A stretch of DNA of 49,422 bases from Smithellaceae bacterium. GTDB lineage: Bacteria > Desulfobacterota > Syntrophia > Syntrophales > Smithellaceae. The stretch is taken from positions 1-49,422 of the forward strand of contig JBEKMF010000003.1 of NCBI GenBank assembly GCA_050008655.1, in the 5' to 3' direction. A program made the position numbers and the translations under genes. The notes below the pieces were generated by a model. It was not told where the DNA came from. It did not search any database and saw only the letters and a program-made list of their open reading frames with translations. Below, in pieces: positions 9,613-18,715 of the stretch; positions within the stretch are counted from its first letter, which is position 1, and each line of letters begins with the position of its first letter.

Positions 9613-9775
9613 AAAAGCAGGACAGAAAGCAGGATGATAAAAGCTTCATCCGACTGACTATAAAAAAGGCTCATATATATCAAAGGGGCTCGCATTGCCC
9701 TCTCGAGCACCAGACGTAATATAATGTGAAGAGTGTAAAGAACCGGATGACTACCGGGTAGTCGAAGACCAAAAG
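9590..9775 (+). repeat. Direct repeat, second copy at about 12021-12210
   Basis: ggggaagtagaaaagcag...cgactgactataaaaaaggctcatata...gtaaagaaccggat...gggtagtc near-identical in both places. Confidence 0.9.
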
Positions 9776-9899
9776 AAAGCAAGGCCTTGTCAAAAAAAGG
9801 AGAGCAAACATGAAGGAGGTGAGAATGAGAAAAGATTTTTTTTGGTATGGCCAAAAATACGAAAACAACAAAATTTGTGAAGGAAAAGGAGGAGGGGTT

Positions 9900-10706
9900 A
9901 TGAAAAGATTTAAGGCGCAGCAAGTTTATCTTGCATTTATTATGTTAATCCTGAGTATTTTTTTAATTACAGGATGCGGAGGACATGGAGGTGAAACCGA
10001 TAAGTGGTTAGGCGGTGAAGGCACCGGCGGCACCGGCGGCCTCGGACCCGCAAGCTGTGATGGACCCGGACCCGTGGACATGGGAGCGGCAGCTAACTTT
10101 GGCGTGTTGGCTGGCCCACCGCTTACAGGTGCGCTCACCTGTACACTACCTTTCACGGTCAACGGTGATGTCGCCGCATCAACGCAAAGTTGCACCCTTA
10201 CCCAGGGCGCCGGTTTCCACAATTACACCGGTACCGATCCGGAGTATGTGGCCGCATCGGCCGATATGCTAACGGCCATTGCCTGTGCCCAAGCCCGTCC
10301 ATGTAGTGCAGGTCCAGATTTCAACTTCACTTCTGCGCACAATTTTGGCGGAGCCACGCTGCAACCAGGCGTATATTGTGTCGATGGGGCGATGTCTGTC
10401 GACTCAAACCTTACCTTCACTAATCCCGGTGTATACATCTTCCTCTCCTCCGGTGCTTTGACCACATCATCCACTGTCACGGTGGCCTTTGGTGGCAGCG
10501 CGAACGCTACCAATACCAGTGTGTTCTGGGTGCCAGGTGGTGCAGCTCATATCCTTGGTACTAACGTATTCCTGGGTACCATCATGCCGGGTAATGATGC
10601 CGCGATCACCCTGGACGCCAACACAACATTGATACCTGGCCGTGTGCTCTCGAATAGCGCTGTGACACTGGGCGGCGGCGGCCTCAGCGAGATCACCATC
10701 CCGTAA
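9900..10706 (+). CDS. DUF3494 (ice-binding-like) lipoprotein 3
   Basis: RBS aggagg; lipobox LITGC; VDMGAAANFGVLAG, LQPGVYC, VYIF, VFWV, FLGTI, GRVLS. Confidence 0.85.
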   Translation: MKRFKAQQVYLAFIMLILSIFLITGCGGHGGETDKWLGGEGTGGTGGLGPASCDGPGPVDMGAAANFGVLAGPPLTGALTCTLPFTVNGDVAASTQSCTLTQGAGFHNYTGTDPEYVAASADMLTAIACAQARPCSAGPDFNFTSAHNFGGATLQPGVYCVDGAMSVDSNLTFTNPGVYIFLSSGALTTSSTVTVAFGGSANATNTSVFWVPGGAAHILGTNVFLGTIMPGNDAAITLDANTTLIPGRVLSNSAVTLGGGGLSEITIP

Positions 10707-10890
10707 GGCAGAAGGTATTCGGGGTGAAAGCAGGCAAAAAGGGAAAGACAGGCTATTTTTCATAATTCAGCCTTCTCCTTTTGGCCTCTCGACAACACCT
10801 CGTTCTTTGGGCACAGAGATATCCCCTACGGCTTTTTTCTAAGAGCCGGAGGGCAACAGCAAAATGAAAAAATATAAAGGAGGATGTACA

Positions 10891-11889
10891 ATGAAATCAA
10901 TTTATCGCGCAGCGCTGATGGCAGCTGCCTTTCTTTTTCTCCTGCCCTGGTCTGCTCGCTCCGAGATAAGGGGAGGAACCGTTGAAGTGGAGCCGTTCGT
11001 AGGTTACAATTTTTTCGAAAGCAGTCAGAATCTGAAAAACAACTTCATGTTTGGCGGACGGGTTGGCTACAATTTCACGAGATATTTTGGTATTGAAGTC
11101 GCCGGGGAATTTATCCATACTCGCGTTGATAACGACACAAAAGTTGATGCCACGGAAGGACAGTTCAATGGCAGCGCGGATAAAGTGGACGCTACTTTTT
11201 ATCATGTTGATGCCGTCTATCATATTATACCCACTGGTAGATTCAACCCCTTTATCGTTGCCGGTATCGGAGGAGCCCACTATAGCCCATTAATATCGCA
11301 TGGGGACATGCCTCTTTTTAATGTTGGTATAGGAGCGAAATACTGGTTTACGGACAATATTGCCCTCAGATTCGATGTCCAGGATAATATAGTTACCGAG
11401 ATTTTCCAAGAAACCTACAGTAATCTTGGAGTTACTCTCGGAATAGTTTTTGCGTTCGGCGGGTCCAAACCTGCCCCTGCGCCCGTGGCTAAGGAAGAGG
11501 TTGTGGCCGCCGCGGCTGAGCCGAAGATCATTGTTCTTACTTTTGAGGATATACATTTTGATTTCGACAAGTCGACCCTGAAACCGGAAGCGCAGGCGAT
11601 CCTGAAAAGAGACGTCCAAAAGCTGAAAGATAACCCTAATGCTAAAATCCGTGTTGCCGGGTATACCTCTGCTTCCGGCACTGAAGCCTACAACCAGAAG
11701 TTGAGTGAAAGAAGAGCGAATGCCGTCAGAGATTATCTCATTAACGAAGGCCTCGTTACACCGGACAGGCTTACCATAATCGGTTATGGCGAGAAACACC
11801 CGGCAGAGTATGAAACGGCGCCTAAAGAGCTTTACTCCAAAGCAGCAAAGGCCAACATGAGGGTTCTTTTTGAAATAATCGTGCAATAG
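10891..11889 (+). CDS. OmpA-family protein: N-terminal beta-barrel plus C-terminal peptidoglycan-binding domain
   Basis: GGRVGYNF, FNPFIVAGIG, GIGAKYWF barrel strands; IHFDFDKSTL, YNQKLSERRANAV. Confidence 0.92.
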   Translation: MKSIYRAALMAAAFLFLLPWSARSEIRGGTVEVEPFVGYNFFESSQNLKNNFMFGGRVGYNFTRYFGIEVAGEFIHTRVDNDTKVDATEGQFNGSADKVDATFYHVDAVYHIIPTGRFNPFIVAGIGGAHYSPLISHGDMPLFNVGIGAKYWFTDNIALRFDVQDNIVTEIFQETYSNLGVTLGIVFAFGGSKPAPAPVAKEEVVAAAAEPKIIVLTFEDIHFDFDKSTLKPEAQAILKRDVQKLKDNPNAKIRVAGYTSASGTEAYNQKLSERRANAVRDYLINEGLVTPDRLTIIGYGEKHPAEYETAPKELYSKAAKANMRVLFEIIVQ

Positions 11890-12028
11890 GAGCATCAGGA
11901 TAAGGGTCCGGAAAGGTGTTCTGCCTTGATCCGGACCCTTGCTTTTGAAACAAAATAGTCCTGTAAAGACTACTGTATATCAAAACCGGTCGATAGCAAT
12001 ATAGCACAGGCAGAAGGCAGGCATGAAA
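11544..12028 (+). repeat. About 480-bp direct repeat (OmpA C-domain plus downstream region), second copy at about 13070-13550
   Basis: Near-identical coding and non-coding sequence through gcaggcatgaa. Confidence 0.92.
11902..11946 (+). terminator. Putative intrinsic terminator (duplicated at about 13425-13469)
   Basis: aagggtccgga...tccggaccctt stem followed by gctttt. Confidence 0.55.
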
Positions 12029-12282
12029 GAGAGGGGAAGTAGAAAAGCAGAACAGAAAGCAGGATGATAAAAGCTTCACCCGACTGACTATAAAAAAGGC
12101 TCATATAGCAAAGGGGCTCGCGTTGCCCCATCGAGAACCAGGCGTAATATGATGCGAAGAGCGTAAAGAACCGGATAACCATCGGGTAGTCCGAGTCCAA
12201 GACCAAAGAAACTGTAGGACCACTGCCGGCTGGCAGTGATAAATGAACCTTAACGACTAAGAAATGTAAAGGGGATCTTATT

Positions 12283-13413
12283 ATGAGAAAAATCGGTTAT
12301 GGATTAATTTTTTTGTTGATGTTTTTTGTACTATTTACCGGTTGCGCGACATTTAAACCGGTTGATCTTAATCCGCAGATTAGATCAGGGCAATTGGTTC
12401 AGAAAACAAACAATTTCATCGTCCTTTTTGACAAATCTGCTTCCATGGGTGATTTGCATGTTAAGCGTCAGTTTGTGGACAATCCAACTCGCCTGACGTA
12501 TGGGAAAGATACTACAAAAAACATGATTGCGACAATTCCGGAAATCAGGCTGAACGCAGGGCTCAGGACCTTCTGGGCCGATAAAACTGTTCTTATTTAT
12601 GGAATGAAGTCACTGGTCAAAGAAGATTATACGAAGGCAATAAACTCTATCGAATTTGTCACCGGTGACACTCCTCTGGAAATAGCTATTAAAGCAGCAG
12701 GCAATGATCTCAAAGGGATGGATGGTCATTCGGCCCTTATTATTGTCAGTGATTTCGATATGAGTCCGATTGAGGGTGACATTAAAAACAAAGCTGACAT
12801 TAGTAACCGAGCTGTCATAGACGCCATCTCCAGAGTTAACTCAGACTACGGCGACAAGCTCTGCGTTTATGCCATTCAGTTAGGATATACTCTCGCTGGG
12901 AAAGACCTTTCAGAACGGATTGTGCAGAACGTTAAAGGCGGATATAACGTAAATGCTGATAAACTGGCAACTCCGACGGCCATGGCCGCTTTTGTGGAAA
13001 AAGTAATCTCCGGAAATTGCTTTCGTTATAAAGAGGTCGTAAAGGAGAAGGTCACCATCGTTGCGCTCGAGGACTTACATTTTGATTTCGATAAATCGAC
13101 CCTTACACCGGAAGCGCAGACGATACTGAAAAGAAACATCCAGATGCTGAAAGATAACCCTAAGGCTAAAGTTCGCATTGCAGGGTATACCTCTGCTGCC
13201 GGCACTGAAGCGTACAACCAGAAGCTGAGTGAAAGAAGAGCGAAAGCTGTCCAGGAATATCTCATTAACGAAGGTATCATTGCACCGGACAGGCTTTCCA
13301 CAATCGGCTATGGCGAGACAGACCCGGCAATGTACGAAGCAGCGCCTAAAAAGCTTTACTCCAAAGCAGCAAAGGCAAACATGAGGGTTCTTTTTGAAAT
13401 CGTCGTTCAATAA
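12283..13413 (+). CDS. Lipoprotein with vWA-like domain and OmpA C-terminal domain
   Basis: Lipobox LFTGC; MIDAS-like VLFDKSASM, TPL, IIVSD; LHFDFDKSTL...LSERRAKAV. Confidence 0.88.
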   Translation: MRKIGYGLIFLLMFFVLFTGCATFKPVDLNPQIRSGQLVQKTNNFIVLFDKSASMGDLHVKRQFVDNPTRLTYGKDTTKNMIATIPEIRLNAGLRTFWADKTVLIYGMKSLVKEDYTKAINSIEFVTGDTPLEIAIKAAGNDLKGMDGHSALIIVSDFDMSPIEGDIKNKADISNRAVIDAISRVNSDYGDKLCVYAIQLGYTLAGKDLSERIVQNVKGGYNVNADKLATPTAMAAFVEKVISGNCFRYKEVVKEKVTIVALEDLHFDFDKSTLTPEAQTILKRNIQMLKDNPKAKVRIAGYTSAAGTEAYNQKLSERRAKAVQEYLINEGIIAPDRLSTIGYGETDPAMYEAAPKKLYSKAAKANMRVLFEIVVQ

Positions 13414-13625
13414 GAGTGTTGGTTAAGGGTCCGGAAAGGTGTTCTGCCTTGATCCGGACCCTTGCTTTTGAAACAAAATAGTCCGGCAAAGACTACTGTA
13501 TATCAAAACCGGTCGATAGCAATATAGCACAGGCAGAATGCAGGCATGAAGAACGACCGGGTGCGGAAGGAATGAGATCACCCCATTACTTTACAAGCCT
13601 TTTTAAACAGTAAGGAGATCCCATT

Positions 13626-14030
13626 ATGTTGACGAATATTAAAAAAAGATGGCAAGCATTTTGCGATCAATTGCGGATATACAGCCTCAATATTACAATC
13701 ATGGCAGCCGTGCTCTTAATCTTTGTCTTTCTCGGTGCAACGTCTTATCTCTATATGCAATCACCATCGACAATTTCTCACCGACAGGAATTGGAAGAAT
13801 ATTTCAGGCAAGAGAATGCCAAACGGGAATGGAAACAATTGCATAAATATCACGGGTATCCGGCAGTGGTTATTTACGAAGAAGGGAAGACGCCTTATTT
13901 TTACGATAAACAAGGCAGCAAATGTGCATTTATTTATCCGTCAAATAGAGCCGGACTAGTTATTCATCAGGCGGAAGATAGCGAGTATTACGCGGCATTG
14001 ACGTTGAACAAAGAATCAATGATAAAATGA
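13626..14030 (+). CDS. Hypothetical single-TM membrane protein
   Basis: RBS aaggag; one hydrophobic segment. Confidence 0.6.
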   Translation: MLTNIKKRWQAFCDQLRIYSLNITIMAAVLLIFVFLGATSYLYMQSPSTISHRQELEEYFRQENAKREWKQLHKYHGYPAVVIYEEGKTPYFYDKQGSKCAFIYPSNRAGLVIHQAEDSEYYAALTLNKESMIK

Positions 14031-14282
14031 TAAGATATTGTTTTTTCCTGATTAAACTATAGGAGTATCGATATTGTAGGTTCAGAGGATTTTGACCCCA
14101 AAATATAGGATGCGTTGCCGATCATTGTGCGAATAATGTATCGAGTCAACTGTCCTTTTTGATAAATCGGTTCACCATTTGGTCTATTTATCTGCCCCAA
14201 AGGTATTTTATTCAGACAGACTTCATCCAATCATATTCCTTTTCCGGTCATTATCTTTCTGGATGAAAAGAAAGGAAAAACC

Positions 14283-16034
14283 ATGAAACATGCAAGAAAA
14301 AAAATCAGGACGATTCTTACGGTGCTCCTTGTGGGTGTAGTATTTTCTGTTACCAGCTGGGCCTTTGCCCAAGGAGGCCGCATCGCTGGTTCCGTAAAGG
14401 ATATCTTTTACAACCAGGGTATTCAAGGAGTTATCCTCACGGTAAAAGATATAAGTACCAGTGCTTTGGCCGGAACAGCGACTACTGATGCGTTGGGTAA
14501 CTATTCAGTGAGTATTCCAGCCGTGGGGAATTACACACTCGTGGCCTCAAAACCTGGATATAATAATATGTCAGCACCGGATGTGGTTGAGCTTTCCGAT
14601 ATGGCCTCGAACCGGACCATAAATATCTTGATGAGCGAGGAAGCGCAGTTGAAGGAAAAACTCGGAGAGACGTCACCTGACCTGTTTTGGGAGAAGGGTA
14701 AAGGCAAGTGCTACCTCATCCCAGCCCTGGAAATCCCGGCCTTCCTCATTCTCCTCAACGTGTACGACCGGCTTGCTTACCCCAACTCTGTAGAGCCGTC
14801 AGGGGAAAAAACCTATAACTCGAATCTGTCCACTTTCTGGGATCACCTCGTCCACGAGCCCTGGGGGATTGACCAGGACTCCTTCGCCATGAACCAGTTC
14901 GGACATCCGTATCAGGGATCCATGTACCAGGGATTCGCGCGATCAGCGGGCCTTAACTACTGGGAATCGCTCCTTTACACCAACGTGGGCAGCTTTCTCT
15001 GGGAAATGGGCGGGGAGACCACGAATCCATCCGTCAATGACCAAATCGCCAGCGGTATTGGCGGGAGTTTCTTCGGGGAGGCGCTCTTCCGAATGGCCAG
15101 CCTGGTGCTCGAGGGCGATGGGGACAAACCCGGGCTCTGGCGCGAGTTGGGTGCAACGATACTCTCACCACCCACAGGGATCAACCGTTTTGCCTTTGGA
15201 GACCGGTTCAAGCCCGTATTTCCCAGCCATGATCCGGCCACTTTCTGGCGCCTGCGGCTCGGCGTAAGTCAGAATACGGACATGAGCGACCAGGGCGGTT
15301 CGGAAACTATCAAACAAAACGAGGCGAGCGCGGACTTTTCCATGGCCTACGGGCTCCCCGGGAAGCCCGGCTATAGCTATACGCGTCCTTTCGACTATTT
15401 CCATTTTGAATTCACCAGCGTCAGTACCTCAGATAACCCTTTCACTGACATCATGATCCGTGGCCTCCTCCTCGGAGATAAATACGAGGCAGGCAATTCC
15501 TATCGCGGGATATGGGGTCTCTATGGCGGCTATGACTACATATCGCCGCATATCTTCCGCGTCTCTAGCACGTCCGTCTCTCTCGGCACTACCTTTCAAT
15601 GGTGGCTCTCGCGGGCGGTAGCGCTTCAGGGCTCGGTCCTCGGCGGCATCGGCTATGCCGCGGCCGGTAATGTCACCCAAGTGGGTGACCGCGACTACCA
15701 CTATGGCGTCGCCCCGCAGGGGCTCCTCGCGCTCCGCCTCATCCTGGGAGATCGGGCCATGTTCGACTTAACAGGACGCGCGTATTATTTGTCTGGCGTC
15801 GGCGGCGATGACCCGGGGGGAACGGAGAACATTGACCGCCTGAACATGGGATTTACCGTTCGCGTTTACGGTCGTCATGGCCTCGGGATCCAATATATTG
15901 CATCGATCCGGGATGCGCACTATCCGGACCGGGCCGATAGTCGCCAGACGACGGGAACCTTCAGCCTCGTTTACACTTTACTTGGCGGCGACGGGTTCGG
16001 CGCTGTCGAGTGGCGCGGCGCGGACAACCATTGA
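14283..16034 (+). CDS. Exported protein: carboxypeptidase-regulatory-like Ig domain plus DUF3943-like outer-membrane domain
   Basis: Signal peptide; IAGSVKD...TTDALGNYS...GNYTLVASKPGY; DQDSFAMNQFGHPYQGSMY, SFLWE, PSVNDQI. Confidence 0.8.
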   Translation: MKHARKKIRTILTVLLVGVVFSVTSWAFAQGGRIAGSVKDIFYNQGIQGVILTVKDISTSALAGTATTDALGNYSVSIPAVGNYTLVASKPGYNNMSAPDVVELSDMASNRTINILMSEEAQLKEKLGETSPDLFWEKGKGKCYLIPALEIPAFLILLNVYDRLAYPNSVEPSGEKTYNSNLSTFWDHLVHEPWGIDQDSFAMNQFGHPYQGSMYQGFARSAGLNYWESLLYTNVGSFLWEMGGETTNPSVNDQIASGIGGSFFGEALFRMASLVLEGDGDKPGLWRELGATILSPPTGINRFAFGDRFKPVFPSHDPATFWRLRLGVSQNTDMSDQGGSETIKQNEASADFSMAYGLPGKPGYSYTRPFDYFHFEFTSVSTSDNPFTDIMIRGLLLGDKYEAGNSYRGIWGLYGGYDYISPHIFRVSSTSVSLGTTFQWWLSRAVALQGSVLGGIGYAAAGNVTQVGDRDYHYGVAPQGLLALRLILGDRAMFDLTGRAYYLSGVGGDDPGGTENIDRLNMGFTVRVYGRHGLGIQYIASIRDAHYPDRADSRQTTGTFSLVYTLLGGDGFGAVEWRGADNH

Positions 16035-16217
16035 GCAGGAAAAAAATTCCAAGTATTAAACGAACGATCAGAAATGAGGATTACTATTTGAAAGGTGTAA
16101 CGTGCAGATAAGTGACGGATGAAAGTTGTCCGCTGCATTTATTTGTTGGACTAAAAAACGAATTGAAGATGTTCGTAGATGTTGAAAAAATTGACCAAGC
16201 GCGTATGTTATTGAATT

Positions 16218-16263
16218 TGGTGGGCCGTGCGGGGATTGAACCCGCGGCCAACGGATTAAAAGT
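16218..16263 (-). tRNA. 3' half of tRNA-Lys(UUU); att-site remnant, not a complete tRNA
   Basis: Reverse complement ACTTTTAA-TCCGT-TGGCC-GCGGG-TTCAATC-CCCGC-ACGGCCC-A-CCA; sequence ends just 5' of the anticodon loop, no D-arm or 5' acceptor strand. Confidence 0.88.
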
Positions 16264-16307
16264 AGTTTTTGCCGTGTAATTATTTCAACCTCTTACCTTT
16301 CTGCTGC

Positions 16308-16323
16308 GTGCAAATTGCTCGCA
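16308..16323 (+). repeat. 16-bp direct repeat (15/16 identical), partner at 18808-18823
   Basis: GTGCAAATTGCTCGCA vs GTGCAATTTGCTCGCA. Confidence 0.75.
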
Positions 16324-16327
16324 ACAT

Positions 16328-16915
16328 TTAATGTCCTAAAGGAGTTTTAAGCACAAGTAATTGTATTAAAGCAATTGTAAGATATACAAACAAGGCGAAT
16401 CCTGCCAGAACCAAGACAATGGCTATTCTTCTTTGCCAATTCTTGATCACGGGTTGAGGAAACATAGCGATTGTTTGGGCAACACATTGATCACATCTAA
16501 CTAAAAGCAAACTCGGCAAATCAATATTGACTGCTAACAATTCGCAACCCAAGTTTTCATCGGGTGCCAGACTATCAAAACGCATAGTATAGCGACCATC
16601 CGTTTCTGTCTGTTCACTATAATGCCGTGGTGGCCAGACATTTATGAATTGAGGCTTCCAATTGAACAATAGATCGATGTTAGTGGCTGTTTCTTTGCCA
16701 GCGTTTTTAATCATATACGAAGTCGTGTGGACAGTCTGCGTTGTAGAGATCTGGTTACCTTGCGCATCTACTCTAGGTTCCGGAACTAGAAATCTGAATG
16801 CATGTGGGCTCGACCAAAGCAACTTAGCTTTAGTTTTGAAAAAATTATTTAATGCATAAGTTATGAGTGGAATAAGAAGCGCGACTATTTCCTTGCCGTA
16901 AGTCTCTAGGAAGTT
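16328..16915 (-). CDS. Hypothetical membrane protein with N- and C-terminal TM helices
   Basis: Open frame in AT-rich DNA; likely ATG start at MNFLETY; two hydrophobic termini. Confidence 0.7.
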   Translation of the reverse strand, partial: NFLETYGKEIVALLIPLITYALNNFFKTKAKLLWSSPHAFRFLVPEPRVDAQGNQISTTQTVHTTSYMIKNAGKETATNIDLLFNWKPQFINVWPPRHYSEQTETDGRYTMRFDSLAPDENLGCELLAVNIDLPSLLLVRCDQCVAQTIAMFPQPVIKNWQRRIAIVLVLAGFALFVYLTIALIQLLVLKTPLGH

Positions 16916-17033
16916 CATTTTGCTTTTCCTCAACGATTATATGGCCTAAAACTCATTCAAATATGTTTTCATATTTTTTTATCACTATTCGCATTTAAAG
17001 TCTATCTCTAATATATAATAAAATATTATTTAC

Positions 17034-17061
17034 TTGACAAAAAAATATAAGATTATATAAT
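17034..17061 (+). promoter_or_regulatory. Sigma-70 promoter of the ImmA/PIN operon
   Basis: TTGACA-16 nt-TATAAT, both hexamers perfect. Confidence 0.75.
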
Positions 17062-17091
17062 GCTGCTATGCATAAAGAAAGGAGGTGCTCT

Positions 17092-18219
17092 ATGCCAGAC
17101 AAAGAGCTCGCTTCCCGTCTTAAAGCTGCCCGTCAATCTGTAGGACTTTCATTAACTGAAGCAGCAAAACGTCTTGGTTTTAAACAATATCAAATTTTAA
17201 GCAATATTGAAAATGCGGATCGAGCGGTTAAAGTTTCTGAGTTGGCAAAATTTGCTCAGATTTATTTCCGAAATATCAGTGAATTCCTAGATGAAATTAA
17301 TAAAGACCGTGCGTATTCTTTTTTATGGCGCAATGGACCCAAGGCGGATGAAAAAAAAGAAATTGAAGGTAAGATCTTTCAAAAATGCGAACAATATCAT
17401 CTCTTAGAGAAATTGCTAAATATTTGCGTTGATAGAAGCTTTCTAGACGTAGCGCCAGAGCATATAAGAAATTATTATTACATTAGCGATCTTGCAGAAC
17501 AGACAAGGTTATTGTTGAAATTGGGAAGCAGACCGGCTTTCGCTCTTTTGAAAGTATTGGAGCAAGATTATGGTGTAAAAATTCTTTTTCTCCCTCTCGG
17601 TGAGAGATCTGCCGCTTCTTTGGTACACACACAATGCGGGAAATTAATTATAATTAATTCAACTGAAGTGCCATGGCGCCGAAATTATGATCTCGCTCAC
17701 GAGCTATTTCACCTAATTCTGTGGAAGATATATCCCCCGGAAACACTGCAAGATAAAGAACCTTTTGATGATATGGAAAGGAAAGCGAATTTTTTTGCTT
17801 CAGCGCTTCTTCTGCCAGAAGATGAATTCAAGAATGTAATGGTAAAAATATTGGAATCTCAAAAAAATATAACCTATTCCGATTTAGTTGATATGGCCAT
17901 GGATTTCGGTGTTTCAACGCAGGCAGTCGTATATCGATGTGCTTTTCTAAAATATATTAAATGGGATGATGCTAAGAAGATTGCGCTGGATGTGCAGCTT
18001 GCGGAAAATAATAGGGAAAAAAGATTTGTTGAACAAGAGCCAGTTGCCATGTCTGACCGATTTGCAACTCTAGCTGTTAAATGCTTGCGCAAAGGTCTTA
18101 TATCGCGAGGCAAATTTGCTGATATTGTTGAAATTGATAGGAGTGATATAGACAATTTCATCGAAAATAAAGGCATAATGGAAAAAGAAGGTAAACAAAT
18201 TGAAATTATGGCTTCTTGA
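17092..18219 (+). CDS. XRE HTH fused to ImmA/IrrE (COG2856) zinc metallopeptidase
   Basis: RBS aggaggtg; RLKAARQSVGLSLTEAA HTH; RRNYDLAHELFH (HEXXH); ERKANFFASALLLP. Confidence 0.92.
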   Translation: MPDKELASRLKAARQSVGLSLTEAAKRLGFKQYQILSNIENADRAVKVSELAKFAQIYFRNISEFLDEINKDRAYSFLWRNGPKADEKKEIEGKIFQKCEQYHLLEKLLNICVDRSFLDVAPEHIRNYYYISDLAEQTRLLLKLGSRPAFALLKVLEQDYGVKILFLPLGERSAASLVHTQCGKLIIINSTEVPWRRNYDLAHELFHLILWKIYPPETLQDKEPFDDMERKANFFASALLLPEDEFKNVMVKILESQKNITYSDLVDMAMDFGVSTQAVVYRCAFLKYIKWDDAKKIALDVQLAENNREKRFVEQEPVAMSDRFATLAVKCLRKGLISRGKFADIVEIDRSDIDNFIENKGIMEKEGKQIEIMAS

Positions 18220-18715
18220 TGCTGACATAGTAATAGATTTTCTGGCATTGGACATTTTTGACAAGCTCGTCGAGAAGCACAAAATATATTTAGCTTCAAC
18301 CGTTATTAATGAAATTAAATATTATATCCGGGCAAAGAAAAAAATTGAAATAAATTTTAGAGAAAAATATGTAGACAGTGGATTGGTAGCTGAAGCTAGT
18401 GCTACTACAGAAGAAGTAAGAGAAACTTACACTTTAATACCAAAAGAATACCATCAAACAATACATGCAGGAGAAGTAGAATCAATAACTATTCTTGTGA
18501 AAAAAGAAGATCTATTATTTTGCGGCTGCGATGCCGCATCAATTAGAATCCTTCCCTTTGTAGATTTATCCGACAGAGCTTTATCAGCTGAAAAACTTCT
18601 TGAAAGATGTGGCCTAAGCAATCCTAATAAATTACTTGAAAGACATACCGAAAAATATTTCGAAGACAATCTATCAATAGGCAAACAAAATAAAATTTAT
18701 CATTTCCAATCATAA
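18200..18715 (+). CDS. PIN-domain protein, putative RNase toxin
   Basis: LLDADIVID, TVINEI, IHAGEVESI, CDAA acidic PIN motifs; overlaps upstream gene. Confidence 0.75.
   Translation: MKLWLLDADIVIDFLALDIFDKLVEKHKIYLASTVINEIKYYIRAKKKIEINFREKYVDSGLVAEASATTEEVRETYTLIPKEYHQTIHAGEVESITILVKKEDLLFCGCDAASIRILPFVDLSDRALSAEKLLERCGLSNPNKLLERHTEKYFEDNLSIGKQNKIYHFQS

Noticed and set aside
8930-9649. 239-aa minus-strand ORF and other frames over the Gln-rich gene
   Set aside because: Shadow of low-complexity CAA/CAG coding sequence; the plus-strand gene has an RBS and signal peptide
11544-13550. Diversity-generating retroelement TR/VR pair
   Set aside because: Differences are not adenine-specific, both copies are coding, and there is no reverse transcriptase in the window
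16218-16263. Functional tRNA-Lys gene
   Set aside because: 5' half absent; the anticodon stem cannot form
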